From positions 57,998 to 77,997 of IMG/VR virus record IMGVR_UViG_3300027668_000012: DNA of 20,000 bases; one strand, given 5' to 3'. This document shows, in pieces, positions 1 to 8,682 of the stretch. The stretch comes from an uncultured virus (IMG/VR IMGVR_UViG_3300027668_000012). Taxonomy: Duplodnaviria > Heunggongvirae > Uroviricota > Caudoviricetes. The first letter of the stretch is position 1, and every line of letters begins with the position of its first letter. The position numbers and the translations under genes are program-made. The notes beneath the pieces were generated by a model. It saw nothing but the letters and a program-made list of their open reading frames with translations, had not been told where the DNA came from and searched no databases.

Positions 1-1
1 C

Positions 2-148
2 TGTATCGCAGTAGTCGATACATTAACCCAACGTGGTGCATTTAAAGGTGAAGAACTTTCAACAATCGGTGGTCTTCGTGATCAAGCGGCACAACTAATT
101 CAAGTAGCCGAAGCTTTTCAAGCAGAGAATGCCGCTAACAAAGAATAA
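2..148 (+). CDS. 3' end of a small conserved T4-like phage hypothetical protein (5'-truncated)
   Basis: Open frame 2 from the window edge: CIAVVDTLTQRGAFKGEELSTIGGLRDQAAQLIQVAEAFQAENAANKE*, stop TAA at 146-148. The 'QRGAFKGEEL' motif is one I recall from T4-like hypotheticals. Not in the ORF track. Confidence 0.7.
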   Translation, partial: CIAVVDTLTQRGAFKGEELSTIGGLRDQAAQLIQVAEAFQAENAANKE

Positions 149-152
149 AGAG

Positions 153-181
153 TTTACATACCGCTCTAATTGACTTACACT
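153..181 (+). promoter_or_regulatory. sigma70-like (T4 early/middle-type) promoter for gp44
   Basis: (G)TTTACA 153-158, 17-bp spacer, TACACT 176-181. Confidence 0.6.
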
Positions 182-210
182 TACAAATTATTTATATTAT
201 GGAGAGCACA

Positions 211-1152
211 ATGACTAAAGACTTTTTATGGGTTGAACGCTATCGTCCTACTAACATAGCTGATACTGTTTTACCTAAAAGCCTAAAGAAAACCTTTCAA
301 GCTATAGTAGATTCTGGTGAGATGCAAAACATGCTTTTCACTGGAACTGCTGGCCTTGGTAAGACTACTGTGGCTAAAGCGTTATGCAATGCAATCGGAT
401 GTGATTACATTGTTGTTAACGGAAGTGAAGAAGGTAACATTGATACGTTACGCGGTAAGATAAAGCAGTTTGCATCTTCTATATCACTTACTGGTAGCTA
501 CAAAGTTGTTATTCTTGATGAGGCAGACTATCTTAATCCGCAATCAACACAACCAGCCCTTCGTGGGTTTATTGAAGAATTCAGTAACAACTGTCGTTTC
601 ATCCTTACTTGTAATTTTAAAAACCGCATTATTGAACCATTACATTCACGTTGTAGTATATATGAATTTAATACGACTAAGAAAAACCTTGCATCATTAG
701 CTGGTCAATTCATGGCGCGACTAAAGTATATCCTTGATGAAGAAAACGTTAAGTATGAAGACAAAGCTTTAGTGCCAATTATTATGAAGCATGCACCAGA
801 TTGGCGACGTGTTGTCAATGAAGCACAAAGCTTGTCAATGAGTGATAATACAATTCATAACATTAATAATTTAGCCGAAAGCAGTGCTGACTCGTTTAAA
901 GAACTTATGCATCATCTAAAAAATAAAGACTGGAAAAAAATGCGTGGATGGGTGGTTAATCACCAAGACCTAGACACTTCTGCTATAATTCGTGGTATAT
1001 ATGATAGCATGCTAGACTATCTAAAACCTGCATCAGTACCACAACTTGTGTTAATACTTGCTGATTATCAATACAAGTTTGCCTTCGTTGCAGACTATGA
1101 AATAAACTTGGTTGCTTGTATGACTGAAGTTATGGATTTGGAGTTTTTATAA
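211..1152 (+). CDS. gp44: Sliding-clamp loader large subunit (T4 gp44-like, RFC-type AAA+ ATPase)
   Basis: LWVERYRP N-terminus, Walker A GTAGLGKTT, Walker B ILDEAD, SRC motif (LHSRC). GGAG at 201-204 favours ATG 211 over 199. Confidence 0.95.
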   Translation: MTKDFLWVERYRPTNIADTVLPKSLKKTFQAIVDSGEMQNMLFTGTAGLGKTTVAKALCNAIGCDYIVVNGSEEGNIDTLRGKIKQFASSISLTGSYKVVILDEADYLNPQSTQPALRGFIEEFSNNCRFILTCNFKNRIIEPLHSRCSIYEFNTTKKNLASLAGQFMARLKYILDEENVKYEDKALVPIIMKHAPDWRRVVNEAQSLSMSDNTIHNINNLAESSADSFKELMHHLKNKDWKKMRGWVVNHQDLDTSAIIRGIYDSMLDYLKPASVPQLVLILADYQYKFAFVADYEINLVACMTEVMDLEFL

Positions 1153-1529
1153 TGAACCCATTTGAATATTTAAACGCTATAAATTCAAGCAAAAAAGATA
1201 TTATGGTCGATGATATTACTGAGAAGGCGTATGCGCCTTTTATGATTAATAGATCGCTATCTTACTTTCAAGACACTGTATTTTTTGCAAATGTGATGAA
1301 TCAGTACCATCATCTTGATAACAAACTGCAATTTGATTTTCTTATAAATACGATTAGGAAACGAAAACGTTTCTCTAAATGGATTAAACCTGAACTGAAT
1401 AATGACATGGACGTCGTGAAAGAATATTATGGTTATAGCAATGAAAAAGCTCGCCAAGCACTCACACTCTTATCATCTAGTCAAGTTGCAGAAATAAGAA
1501 AAAAGGTGAGTAAAGGTGGAAGAAAATAA
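1152..1529 (+). CDS. gp62: Clamp loader small subunit (T4 gp62-like)
   Basis: Follows gp44 with TAATG coupling. MNPFEYLNAIN...PFMINRSLS...KRKRFSKW...VKEYYGYSNEKA is typical of marine T4-like gp62. Confidence 0.9.
   Translation: MNPFEYLNAINSSKKDIMVDDITEKAYAPFMINRSLSYFQDTVFFANVMNQYHHLDNKLQFDFLINTIRKRKRFSKWIKPELNNDMDVVKEYYGYSNEKARQALTLLSSSQVAEIRKKVSKGGRK
1343..1350 (+). promoter_or_regulatory. T4-type late promoter consensus inside gp62, upstream of regA
   Basis: Exact TATAAATA; could be chance in AT-rich coding DNA. Confidence 0.4.
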
Positions 1530-1923
1530 AATAGTTCATTGGACTCCTACAGATATGTTAGAGATCTTATTAAATGAACCAGACGACTTTTTAAAAGTTC
1601 GTGAAACGCTAACACGTATTGGTGTGGCATCAAGAAAAGAAAATAAACTGTATCAGTCATGCCACATCTTGCATAAGCAAGGTAGGTATTTTATTGTACA
1701 CTTTAAAGAGTTGTTTTTACTTGATGGTAAGAAAGCTAATCTTGAAGAGAATGATATTAATCGTAGGAATACAATTGCAACTTTGCTTAGTGATTGGGGT
1801 CTAGTCTCATTCGCTGTAAAAGTTGAATTAGATTGTGCACCATTAAGACAGATTAAAATCATTCCTTATAAAGAAAAGACTAATTGGGAGCTATGTCCGA
1901 AATACAATATCGGTAATGGTTGA
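1516..1923 (+). CDS. regA: Translational repressor RegA
   Basis: PDDFLKVRETLTRIGVAS, LYQSCHILHKQGRYFIVHFKELFLLDG, W.L.PKYNIG; synteny 44-62-regA; GTG start. Confidence 0.96.
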   Translation: MEENKIVHWTPTDMLEILLNEPDDFLKVRETLTRIGVASRKENKLYQSCHILHKQGRYFIVHFKELFLLDGKKANLEENDINRRNTIATLLSDWGLVSFAVKVELDCAPLRQIKIIPYKEKTNWELCPKYNIGNG

Positions 1924-2486
1924 TGTTTGATGAAACATTCTTAACGCATGTCAGGAATAGGGATTATTATTGCAGTAAACCTTATGACACAATTGACTAT
2001 GATATGTATGACTTCACAAAGTATTTGGTATCGCATCCTTTAACTTTAACGGATTGGGTTAATCATAGGAAACGTGTAACTTTACGTGATATGCATTTAC
2101 GAAGTGGTACACCATCTTTTGCTAAGGATATTCATAAAGCCCTAACAAAAACGTTTCATAAAAACCATATTACCTTGTATGGATTTGCAGGGTTCACTTC
2201 CGATAGTGAAAGCCATAGTGTCCATAGAGATAAAGAAGATGTGTTGTTTCTTAACGTCATAGGTAGTATTAATTGGAGTATATGGGAATCAGAAGACTGG
2301 AAAGACTATACAATAGACGCAATTACTGATTGGTCAACTGGTGTCGTGAAGTTTGACAAGGTGTTTACTCCTGGTGATCTAATATGGATACCACGTGGCA
2401 CATGGCATTTGATTAAACCACATTGTGCGCGTGTAGGCTTTTCATTCGGAGTAGAAGGTGACATAGATCCTTCTACTTACATATAA
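1920..2486 (+). CDS. JmjC/cupin-like (Cupin_4-type) Fe(II) oxygenase-domain protein
   Basis: HxD (HRD) followed by VLFLNVIGSINW and PGDLIWIPRGTWH, giving an HxD...H metal triad. Confidence 0.75.
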   Translation: MMFDETFLTHVRNRDYYCSKPYDTIDYDMYDFTKYLVSHPLTLTDWVNHRKRVTLRDMHLRSGTPSFAKDIHKALTKTFHKNHITLYGFAGFTSDSESHSVHRDKEDVLFLNVIGSINWSIWESEDWKDYTIDAITDWSTGVVKFDKVFTPGDLIWIPRGTWHLIKPHCARVGFSFGVEGDIDPSTYI

Positions 2487-2516
2487 ATTCTTTCTTACTT
2501 AGAAATAAAAAAAAGG

Positions 2517-2547
2517 TTGACATCCCTTTATAATTCTGATATAAATA
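2517..2547 (+). promoter_or_regulatory. Composite promoter for hsp20: sigma70 -35 plus overlapping T4 late promoter
   Basis: A-tract 2507-2514, TTGACA 2517-2522, 17 bp, TATAAA 2540-2545, which is also the start of TATAAATA 2540-2547. Confidence 0.65.
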
Positions 2548-2552
2548 CAGAC

Positions 2553-2647
2553 AGACTAACTATGAACAATTTGTAGTAGTCTAATATACGTGAGATGCAG
2601 AAATCTGGTCTCATAAATCTTGCTTGTAATTAAGGAGAAACTAAATG
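2553..2647 (+). ncRNA. ROSE-like RNA thermometer in hsp20 5' UTR
   Basis: Three hairpins (2553-2582, 2591-2613, 2618-2638). The last pairs UCUU[G]CUUG with the SD UAAGGAGA and has a bulged G, matching the U(U/C)GCU ROSE signature. Confidence 0.75.
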
Positions 2648-3127
2648 ACAGGCTTAACTCACACCACATTATTTCCACGTGCATCATTCGTTGGATTTGA
2701 CCACCTCTTTAGCGAACTAGACCATGTTGCAAGACATGCAAAAGATCATTACCCACCTCATAACATCATCAGAATTGGACAATCAGATTTTTTGATTGAA
2801 TTGGCTGTTGCAGGTTTCGGTGAAGATGAACTCGACATAGAAGTGAAAGATCGAACATTGAGCATAACTGGTGAGCATATATCAAAGGGGAGAGACTTCG
2901 TACATCGTGGTATATCTACGAAGAAGTTTAGACGAACCTTTAGACTGTCGGAGCACGTAGAAGTGCATGGAGCCGATATTCAAGACGGCATACTCGCAAT
3001 TAACTTGAAGTATGTTATCCCAGAAGATCAGCGTCCTCGTAAAATTAACATTGGAAAAAACGAGGAATCCAAAAATGACACATACAATACTACTAGTAAA
3101 CAACTACTTAACGAATCCCCTAACTGA
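2645..3127 (+). CDS. hsp20: Small heat-shock protein, Hsp20/IbpA family
   Basis: FVGFDHLF, YPPHNI, IELAVAGF, HRGIS.KKFRRTFRL, DGILAI.L, IPE...PRKI.I (C-terminal IxI). Confidence 0.95.
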   Translation: MTGLTHTTLFPRASFVGFDHLFSELDHVARHAKDHYPPHNIIRIGQSDFLIELAVAGFGEDELDIEVKDRTLSITGEHISKGRDFVHRGISTKKFRRTFRLSEHVEVHGADIQDGILAINLKYVIPEDQRPRKINIGKNEESKNDTYNTTSKQLLNESPN

Positions 3128-3311
3128 TGCGATCATGGCAGTGTGCCGTTTTTTCAAAGGTTGTCTTGAATCTCTGATTGAGGCTCGTCAAATACACGCC
3201 AATTTCTACATTGCAAAACTATTGCATGAAAAAGATTACTACAAGACGCATTCATTCCATGCAGTGTATACAGCAGTGAATGAAGGTAAATTAGAGGACT
3301 TGAAGAAATGA
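3075..3311 (+). CDS. Small hypothetical protein (78 aa) in hsp20 operon
   Basis: GAGGA SD at 3062-3066 supports ATG 3075 (MTHTILLVNNYL...). Overlaps the hsp20 3' end and is ATGA-coupled to the next gene. Confidence 0.65.
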   Translation: MTHTILLVNNYLTNPLTDAIMAVCRFFKGCLESLIEARQIHANFYIAKLLHEKDYYKTHSFHAVYTAVNEGKLEDLKK

Positions 3312-3508
3312 AACTTTTAACAGCAGTCACATCTGCAATATCCGGTGTCGTATTATCTGCACAAAAACCTGCCGACTATCGCAGAACGATAAAAGACTTA
3401 TCTTCGCTTACAGATTATGAGCTAAGAGATATAGGTATCTACAGAGGCGACATCGAGACTATCGCCATGTCGAAAGAACCCTATGTTAGGCGTAGACGCT
3501 TCTTCTAA
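3308..3508 (+). CDS. DUF1127 (YjiS-like) small protein
   Basis: YRRTIKDLSSLTDYELRDIGIYRGDI matches the DUF1127 core R.T..EL..L.D..L.DIG..R.DI; Arg-rich tail. Confidence 0.85.
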   Translation: MKLLTAVTSAISGVVLSAQKPADYRRTIKDLSSLTDYELRDIGIYRGDIETIAMSKEPYVRRRRFF

Positions 3509-3527
3509 GTGGTATATATAGCTACTA

Positions 3528-3553
3528 TGATAGGCCAAATACTTGGCCTGTCA
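3528..3553 (+). other. 11-bp stem-loop after DUF1127 (terminator, processing or stability hairpin)
   Basis: TGATAGGCCAA-atac-TTGGCCTGTCA; no strong U-tract. Confidence 0.5.
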
Positions 3554-3576
3554 CTTAAAACACATTGGAGTATATT

Positions 3577-3741
3577 ATGAAACAGCAATTAAATGAAGTT
3601 GGTACAAGAGTAGAAGTAAGTCGCAGACTTGTTAGTGCAGCCATAGATTTAAGCAAAGAATTAAGCACTGAACTGCATGAAGTCACCTATGATGACGGAA
3701 ACACGGCTATGATTGAAGTTGTTAGAAAGGTAGATTTGTAA
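3577..3741 (+). CDS. Small hypothetical protein (54 aa), missed by ORF track
   Basis: GGAG SD 3567-3570; MKQQLNEVGTRVEVSRRLVSAAIDLSKELSTELHEVTYDDGNTAMIEVVRKVDL*; fills the gap. Confidence 0.7.
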   Translation: MKQQLNEVGTRVEVSRRLVSAAIDLSKELSTELHEVTYDDGNTAMIEVVRKVDL

Positions 3742-3759
3742 GTCATAAGGAAGATTGTA

Positions 3760-4413
3760 ATGAGCGTTACGGATTACACTGTATCACCAATAACTATACA
3801 AGAAGCTACACCATTTGTTGTTGATTGGCATTACTCCAAGAACACAAATGGCTTGGCTACTCGTTTCTGTTTCGGTCTTTTTGATAAGGCTGAAATGATT
3901 GGTGTTATGATATATGGGTATCTAGGCATGGCAAGTGTTTGGAAGAAGTATGGGGAAGTTGAAACAGACGTTGTTGAACTAAGACGATTGTGCTGTATTG
4001 ATGATACTCCGAAGAATACCGAAAGTTACTTCATATCTCAGACAATCAATTGGTTGAGACAGAACACAGACTGTAAAGTTGTTGTCAGTTATGCTGACAG
4101 TATGCAAGGTCATGTAGGCACTATATACTATGCATCAAACTTTTACTATTTGGGTATGACTGCAAAGGGTAGATCGATAAAGATTAAAGGTAATGATCGT
4201 CTGTATCACGAAAAGACAATACGGACGTACTACACACCTAAGAATGGCGAGAGGCGTCTTAAACCATACGCACAAAAAATTAAGGAACAGCTAGAGAACG
4301 GCGAAGCAGAGTACGTTCATAGTAAAGGCAAACACATATTCGTATATCCTCTCAATAAGAAGGAAAGACGGAAGTACAAAATGAAAGCAACGAGTATCAA
4401 ATATATTATATAG
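3760..4413 (+). CDS. Mom-like (phage Mu Mom family, GNAT fold) DNA adenine-modification enzyme
   Basis: HYS, FGLF...IGV..YG, VELRRLCC.DDTPKNTESYFIS, VVSYAD..QGHVGTIY.ASNF.YLG motifs. Confidence 0.75.
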   Translation: MSVTDYTVSPITIQEATPFVVDWHYSKNTNGLATRFCFGLFDKAEMIGVMIYGYLGMASVWKKYGEVETDVVELRRLCCIDDTPKNTESYFISQTINWLRQNTDCKVVVSYADSMQGHVGTIYYASNFYYLGMTAKGRSIKIKGNDRLYHEKTIRTYYTPKNGERRLKPYAQKIKEQLENGEAEYVHSKGKHIFVYPLNKKERRKYKMKATSIKYII

Positions 4414-4414
4414 C

Positions 4415-4443
4415 TTTACAAGTATACTAAATTATGATACAAT
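4415..4443 (+). promoter_or_regulatory. sigma70-like promoter for DNA polymerase
   Basis: TTTACA 4415-4420, 17 bp, TGn-TACAAT 4438-4443. Confidence 0.7.
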
Positions 4444-4467
4444 GCTTACAAATAAGGAGTTTGCGTT

Positions 4468-6942
4468 TTGAGTTTTTACACATCAGTTGAGATTATTGGT
4501 AATCGTATTGCCTATAGAGGTTACAATGATTTAGGACGTCCTATATCAAACAAGTACAGTTATGAACCGACATTGTTTTTTCCATCTGCCGAAGACACTG
4601 GTTGGAAATCTATGTATGGTGATGATGTTAAACCTAGAACGTTTGGCTCTCCCAATGCAATGCGAGACTTTATTAAAGAACAATCAGAAGTGGCAAATCC
4701 TACATATCATGGTATGGACAGAGTTGTTATGCAATTCATTCAAGACAAGTTCCCTGGTGAAGTAAACTTTAAGAAGTCGCATATGAACATTGTCAACTTT
4801 GACATTGAGGTACATTCTGAAGATGGGTTTCCTGAGCCAGAAGACGCTCTACATCCTGTCACGGCTATTTGTTGTAAGTCTTCTCGTAATAGCATCTATC
4901 ATGTTTGGGGTTGTGGCGAGTACGATTATAATAAATCTCCGCACAAGAATCTTCTTATACAATACCATAGGTGTAATGACGAAATTGATTTACTTACTAA
5001 GTGGATTACATGGTGGAAAGCAGACTATCCTGATGTTATCACAGGTTGGAATATCCGCTTCTTTGATGTGCCTTATCTAGTCAATCGTATTGAGCGACTT
5101 GCCTTAGAACACGATATGGATATTTCTTCAAAGAGTATGTCTCCTTGGAATGATGTGCGTCAAAAGACTGTACGTCTTAAATTCAAAGAGATGAAATCTT
5201 ATCAACTCATGGGTATCAATCAATTAGATTACCTAGACTTGTTTCAAAAGTTTGGATACAGTTTCGGACCTCAGGCGTCGTATCGCCTAGATCATATTGC
5301 CCACGTTGTGGTAGGTGAAAAGAAGTTGTCTTATGAAGAGTTCGGTAGCCTTCGCAACTTATACAAAGAAAACCACCAACTTTACATAGACTATAATGTA
5401 AAAGACGTAGAGCTTATTGAGCGTATAGACGATAAGATTGACTTGATGGGATTAGCCTTGACTATGGGCTATAAGGCTGGATGTAATTTGTCTGAAGTTT
5501 TCGGTACGACTGCAATATGGGATAGTATTGTCTATAGAGCATTACATGATCAAAACATTGTTGTCCCACGTGCAAAATCACATAAAGTCCTTTCGTCTAT
5601 CGATAGTACATTTCCTGGTGGCTACGTCAAAGATGTCACCCCTGGCATGTATGATTGGGTTGTGAGCTTTGACCTTGCGTCTCTATATCCTAACATAATT
5701 GCACAATGGAATATGTCACCAGAAACGTTGACCATAGATCCTGATAGTAATCATTCTATGGCTGCGACAGGTCAGCGTTTTGACAATAGTAAGAAAGGTT
5801 TTATGCCTTCTCTTATTGAAGAATACTATGATGATCGTAAGCGTTCTAAGACACGTATGCTTGAAGCGCAGTCAGAGTACCAAATAACACCTACCAAAGA
5901 ACTTGAGCGTGAGATTGCTACTTTGACTAATCGTCAAATGGCTATTAAAATTCTTATGAATAGTCTATATGGTGCGATGGGTAATAAGTATTATCGTTAC
6001 TTTGATTTGCGTATTGCAGAAGGTGTGACAGTCACAGGTCAACATGTTATTAAGTCGTGTGAAAAGGTTATCAACCACGAGTTAAATAAAGTCTTAGGCA
6101 CAAAGAATACAGATTATGTTATCGCTATTGATACAGATTCAGTATATGTTAATATGAATGACTTTGTGAATAAGTTTGGTGTTACACATGATCGTGCAGT
6201 CAAGTTCATAGACAAATCATGCAAGGCACATTTCGAACCAGCGTTTGCTAAAATGTTAAGTAAGATGCGTACTGATCTAAATTGTCTCGGTGATCGTATG
6301 GAAATGGATAGAGAAGTTATTGCTGATCGTGGTATTTGGTTGGCAAAGAAACGTTACATTCTAAACGTACATAACTCTGAGGGTGTGCAATATGCAATAC
6401 CAAAGCATAAGATTATGGGTGTCGAGGCTATTAAGTCCTCTACACCGCAAGTGTGTCGTGATAAGTTTAAAGAAGTGTTCCATGTTATCCTTGAAGGTGA
6501 AGAAACGAAAACACAGGACTTTATCAGAGACTTTCGTAAAGAATTTAATAGTCTTCCACCTGAGGATGTGAGTTCACCACGTGGTGTATCAGATATAGGT
6601 AAGTGGGAAGATAAGACAAAGATATATGCAAAAGGTACTCCGATAAATGCCAGAGGCTCTTTGTTGTATAACCATCACGTAAAGAAGAATAACTTGCACA
6701 AGAAGTACGATTATATTAAAGACGGAGAAAAGATTAAGTACGTGTATTTAAAAACTCCGAACCCTATTAGAGAGAATGTGATTGCATATCCTAATGAGCT
6801 TCCTAAAGAGCTGAACTTGCATCCGTACATAGATTACGATAAGCAGTTTCAGAAATCTTTCTTAGAGCCTATGACAATGTTCCTTGATGCGTTGGGTTGG
6901 ACTGATGAGCCTGTATCCGACTTAAGTGATTTTTTTGGATAA
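4468..6942 (+). CDS. gp43: Family B DNA polymerase (T4 gp43-like) with 3'-5' exonuclease
   Basis: ExoI FDIE, ExoII GWNIRFFDVPY, ExoIII YNVKD; Pol motifs DLASLYP, KILMNSLYG, IDTDS, KKRY; TAAGGAG SD before a TTG start. Confidence 0.97.
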   Translation: MSFYTSVEIIGNRIAYRGYNDLGRPISNKYSYEPTLFFPSAEDTGWKSMYGDDVKPRTFGSPNAMRDFIKEQSEVANPTYHGMDRVVMQFIQDKFPGEVNFKKSHMNIVNFDIEVHSEDGFPEPEDALHPVTAICCKSSRNSIYHVWGCGEYDYNKSPHKNLLIQYHRCNDEIDLLTKWITWWKADYPDVITGWNIRFFDVPYLVNRIERLALEHDMDISSKSMSPWNDVRQKTVRLKFKEMKSYQLMGINQLDYLDLFQKFGYSFGPQASYRLDHIAHVVVGEKKLSYEEFGSLRNLYKENHQLYIDYNVKDVELIERIDDKIDLMGLALTMGYKAGCNLSEVFGTTAIWDSIVYRALHDQNIVVPRAKSHKVLSSIDSTFPGGYVKDVTPGMYDWVVSFDLASLYPNIIAQWNMSPETLTIDPDSNHSMAATGQRFDNSKKGFMPSLIEEYYDDRKRSKTRMLEAQSEYQITPTKELEREIATLTNRQMAIKILMNSLYGAMGNKYYRYFDLRIAEGVTVTGQHVIKSCEKVINHELNKVLGTKNTDYVIAIDTDSVYVNMNDFVNKFGVTHDRAVKFIDKSCKAHFEPAFAKMLSKMRTDLNCLGDRMEMDREVIADRGIWLAKKRYILNVHNSEGVQYAIPKHKIMGVEAIKSSTPQVCRDKFKEVFHVILEGEETKTQDFIRDFRKEFNSLPPEDVSSPRGVSDIGKWEDKTKIYAKGTPINARGSLLYNHHVKKNNLHKKYDYIKDGEKIKYVYLKTPNPIRENVIAYPNELPKELNLHPYIDYDKQFQKSFLEPMTMFLDALGWTDEPVSDLSDFFG

Positions 6943-6948
6943 ACATAC

Positions 6949-6977
6949 TTTACAAAACGAATGGACTGTGCTATAAT
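6949..6977 (+). promoter_or_regulatory. sigma70-like promoter
   Basis: TTTACA 6949-6954, 17 bp, TGn-TATAAT 6972-6977. Confidence 0.75.
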
Positions 6978-7005
6978 AGTAAAATTATTATGAGAAAGTG
7001 AACTT

Positions 7006-7944
7006 ATGAAAGATGTGAATTACTCATTGACACTGTTTAACAGTCTCTTTGATACTAAGACAGACAAGCGTGTCGATATAAAGAGCTTTGACCAGTTTGA
7101 ACGTCTTCTATATAAACTATCTACTGTTGAGTTGCCTGATAAAAAGTCAGCCCAACTAATGTCGCCTGCTACTTACTCTACAGATACTACACGCAAAAAT
7201 GACAGTGTATTAACTTGGGCAAGTTGGGCGGCAGTAGATGTAGATGATATGGTTTTTGATGGTGACGTGGAGACTATTTTAAAAACACGCTTCAAAGAAC
7301 ATAGATTCATTTGTTACAGTACGGCAAGCAGTACAGAAGCACAACCAAAGTTTCGATTAGTGTTTCCCCTTACTTGTGATGTACACAAAGATGATATAAA
7401 GAAGTTGTGGTATGCTTTACAGACAGAGCTAGGTGATCTAGGTGATAGACAGACTAAAGATTTATCTCGTATGTATTACATCCCTGCAAAGTATAAAGGA
7501 GCTAATAATTTTATTTTTAGTCACCTTGATGGATCAGACATAGACCCCGATGGGCTAATAGCAAAACATCCTATGCCTGAACGCTCTAGTTCAAACAGTT
7601 TCTTTGATCGTCTACCATCAGGCATACAGTCGCAAATAGTACAATATCGTAAAGATTCTATGGATGCGACATATGAATGGTCGTCATATCAGAATTGTCC
7701 GTTTTGGCCTAGAAAGCTTGCGGCAGAATACACGTCTATAACATCAACAGGCTGGTACAGTAAGATGTATGCCATAATGATTGCAACAGCTGGCAATGCA
7801 ACAAAAAGCAAATACCCTATTAGCGCATACGAGATTGCTACACTGTGTCAACAGTTTGATCTTGAAAATGGTAATTGGTACGAAAATCGCCCACTAGATA
7901 AAGAAGCTGATCGTGCTTTAGAGTACGTCTATAAAAATATGTAA
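7006..7944 (+). CDS. Putative primase-polymerase (AEP superfamily)-like protein
   Basis: AAVDVDD (motif I DxD), YSTASS...PKFRLVFPL (motif II region), D..TKDLSRMYYIP (motif III), helical C-terminal domain. Confidence 0.65.
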   Translation: MKDVNYSLTLFNSLFDTKTDKRVDIKSFDQFERLLYKLSTVELPDKKSAQLMSPATYSTDTTRKNDSVLTWASWAAVDVDDMVFDGDVETILKTRFKEHRFICYSTASSTEAQPKFRLVFPLTCDVHKDDIKKLWYALQTELGDLGDRQTKDLSRMYYIPAKYKGANNFIFSHLDGSDIDPDGLIAKHPMPERSSSNSFFDRLPSGIQSQIVQYRKDSMDATYEWSSYQNCPFWPRKLAAEYTSITSTGWYSKMYAIMIATAGNATKSKYPISAYEIATLCQQFDLENGNWYENRPLDKEADRALEYVYKNM

Positions 7945-7954
7945 AGGAATAACT

Positions 7955-8272
7955 ATGACATTAAATAAAGAAGGTGTAACTGTTGTAACAATTGTCTTGC
8001 CAAATGGTGCAGAGATTGTTGGCAGATACACAAAAACTCAGAAAGACCAGTACATACTATACAAACCTCGCCTAGTACAAGCTGGCGATTCTGCATTATC
8101 ATTTGTTCCTGGTATCTGTATGACAGGTGCAACAGAGCCGACAGAAGTTGCCTTTAAATTTACGAGTGTGATGTTCATGGTAGAGACTGACCCTACGATT
8201 GCAAATGCATGGCGTGAAGCAACAGGTACAAGAAATGTTATCGTACCAGAGAAATCAGCGTTGATTATGTAA
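7955..8272 (+). CDS. Hypothetical protein, possibly Sm-like beta fold
   Basis: AAGGA SD; VVTIVLPNGAEIVGR pattern and C-terminal 'IVP' tail seen in T4-like hypotheticals. Confidence 0.6.
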   Translation: MTLNKEGVTVVTIVLPNGAEIVGRYTKTQKDQYILYKPRLVQAGDSALSFVPGICMTGATEPTEVAFKFTSVMFMVETDPTIANAWREATGTRNVIVPEKSALIM

Positions 8273-8682
8273 TGAAAAAGATAGGCTTCACTGCATCCAC
8301 GTTTGATCTATTACATGCAGGTCATGTAGCCATGTTGAGAGAAGCAAAGTCTCAATGTGACTACTTGATCTGTGCGTTGCAAGTAGACCCTAATGTAGAT
8401 AGAAAAGAAAAGAACGTTCCTATTCAAAGTATTGTAGAGAGACAAGCCCAACTGTCAGCAATAAAGTATGTTGATGAAGTGGTAGTCTATTGTACCGAAG
8501 AAGATTTACTTGATATAATAAATATGTATCCGATTGACATCAGAGTTCTTGGTGAAGAATATCGTCAAAAAGAATTTACAGGTAAAGACGTGTGTCGCAA
8601 TCGTGGCATTGAATTGTATTTTAATAAAAGAGATCATCGCTTTTCTACGACTGATCTAAGAAAGAGAGTGCGAGATGTTTAA
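8272..8682 (+). CDS. Cytidylyltransferase (TagD/glycerol-3-phosphate CT-like, HIGH family)
   Basis: FDLLHAGH (HxGH), ER...L..IKYVDEV, RDHRFSTT (RxxxxSTT). Confidence 0.88.
   Translation: MKKIGFTASTFDLLHAGHVAMLREAKSQCDYLICALQVDPNVDRKEKNVPIQSIVERQAQLSAIKYVDEVVVYCTEEDLLDIINMYPIDIRVLGEEYRQKEFTGKDVCRNRGIELYFNKRDHRFSTTDLRKRVRDV

Noticed and set aside
3509..3576. CcsR/cuckoo-type sRNA repeats after DUF1127
   Set aside because: No CCUCCUCCC loops; only a single clear hairpin
4444..4467. T4-style gp43 autogenous operator hairpin
   Set aside because: The predicted leader is very short and I see no convincing stem
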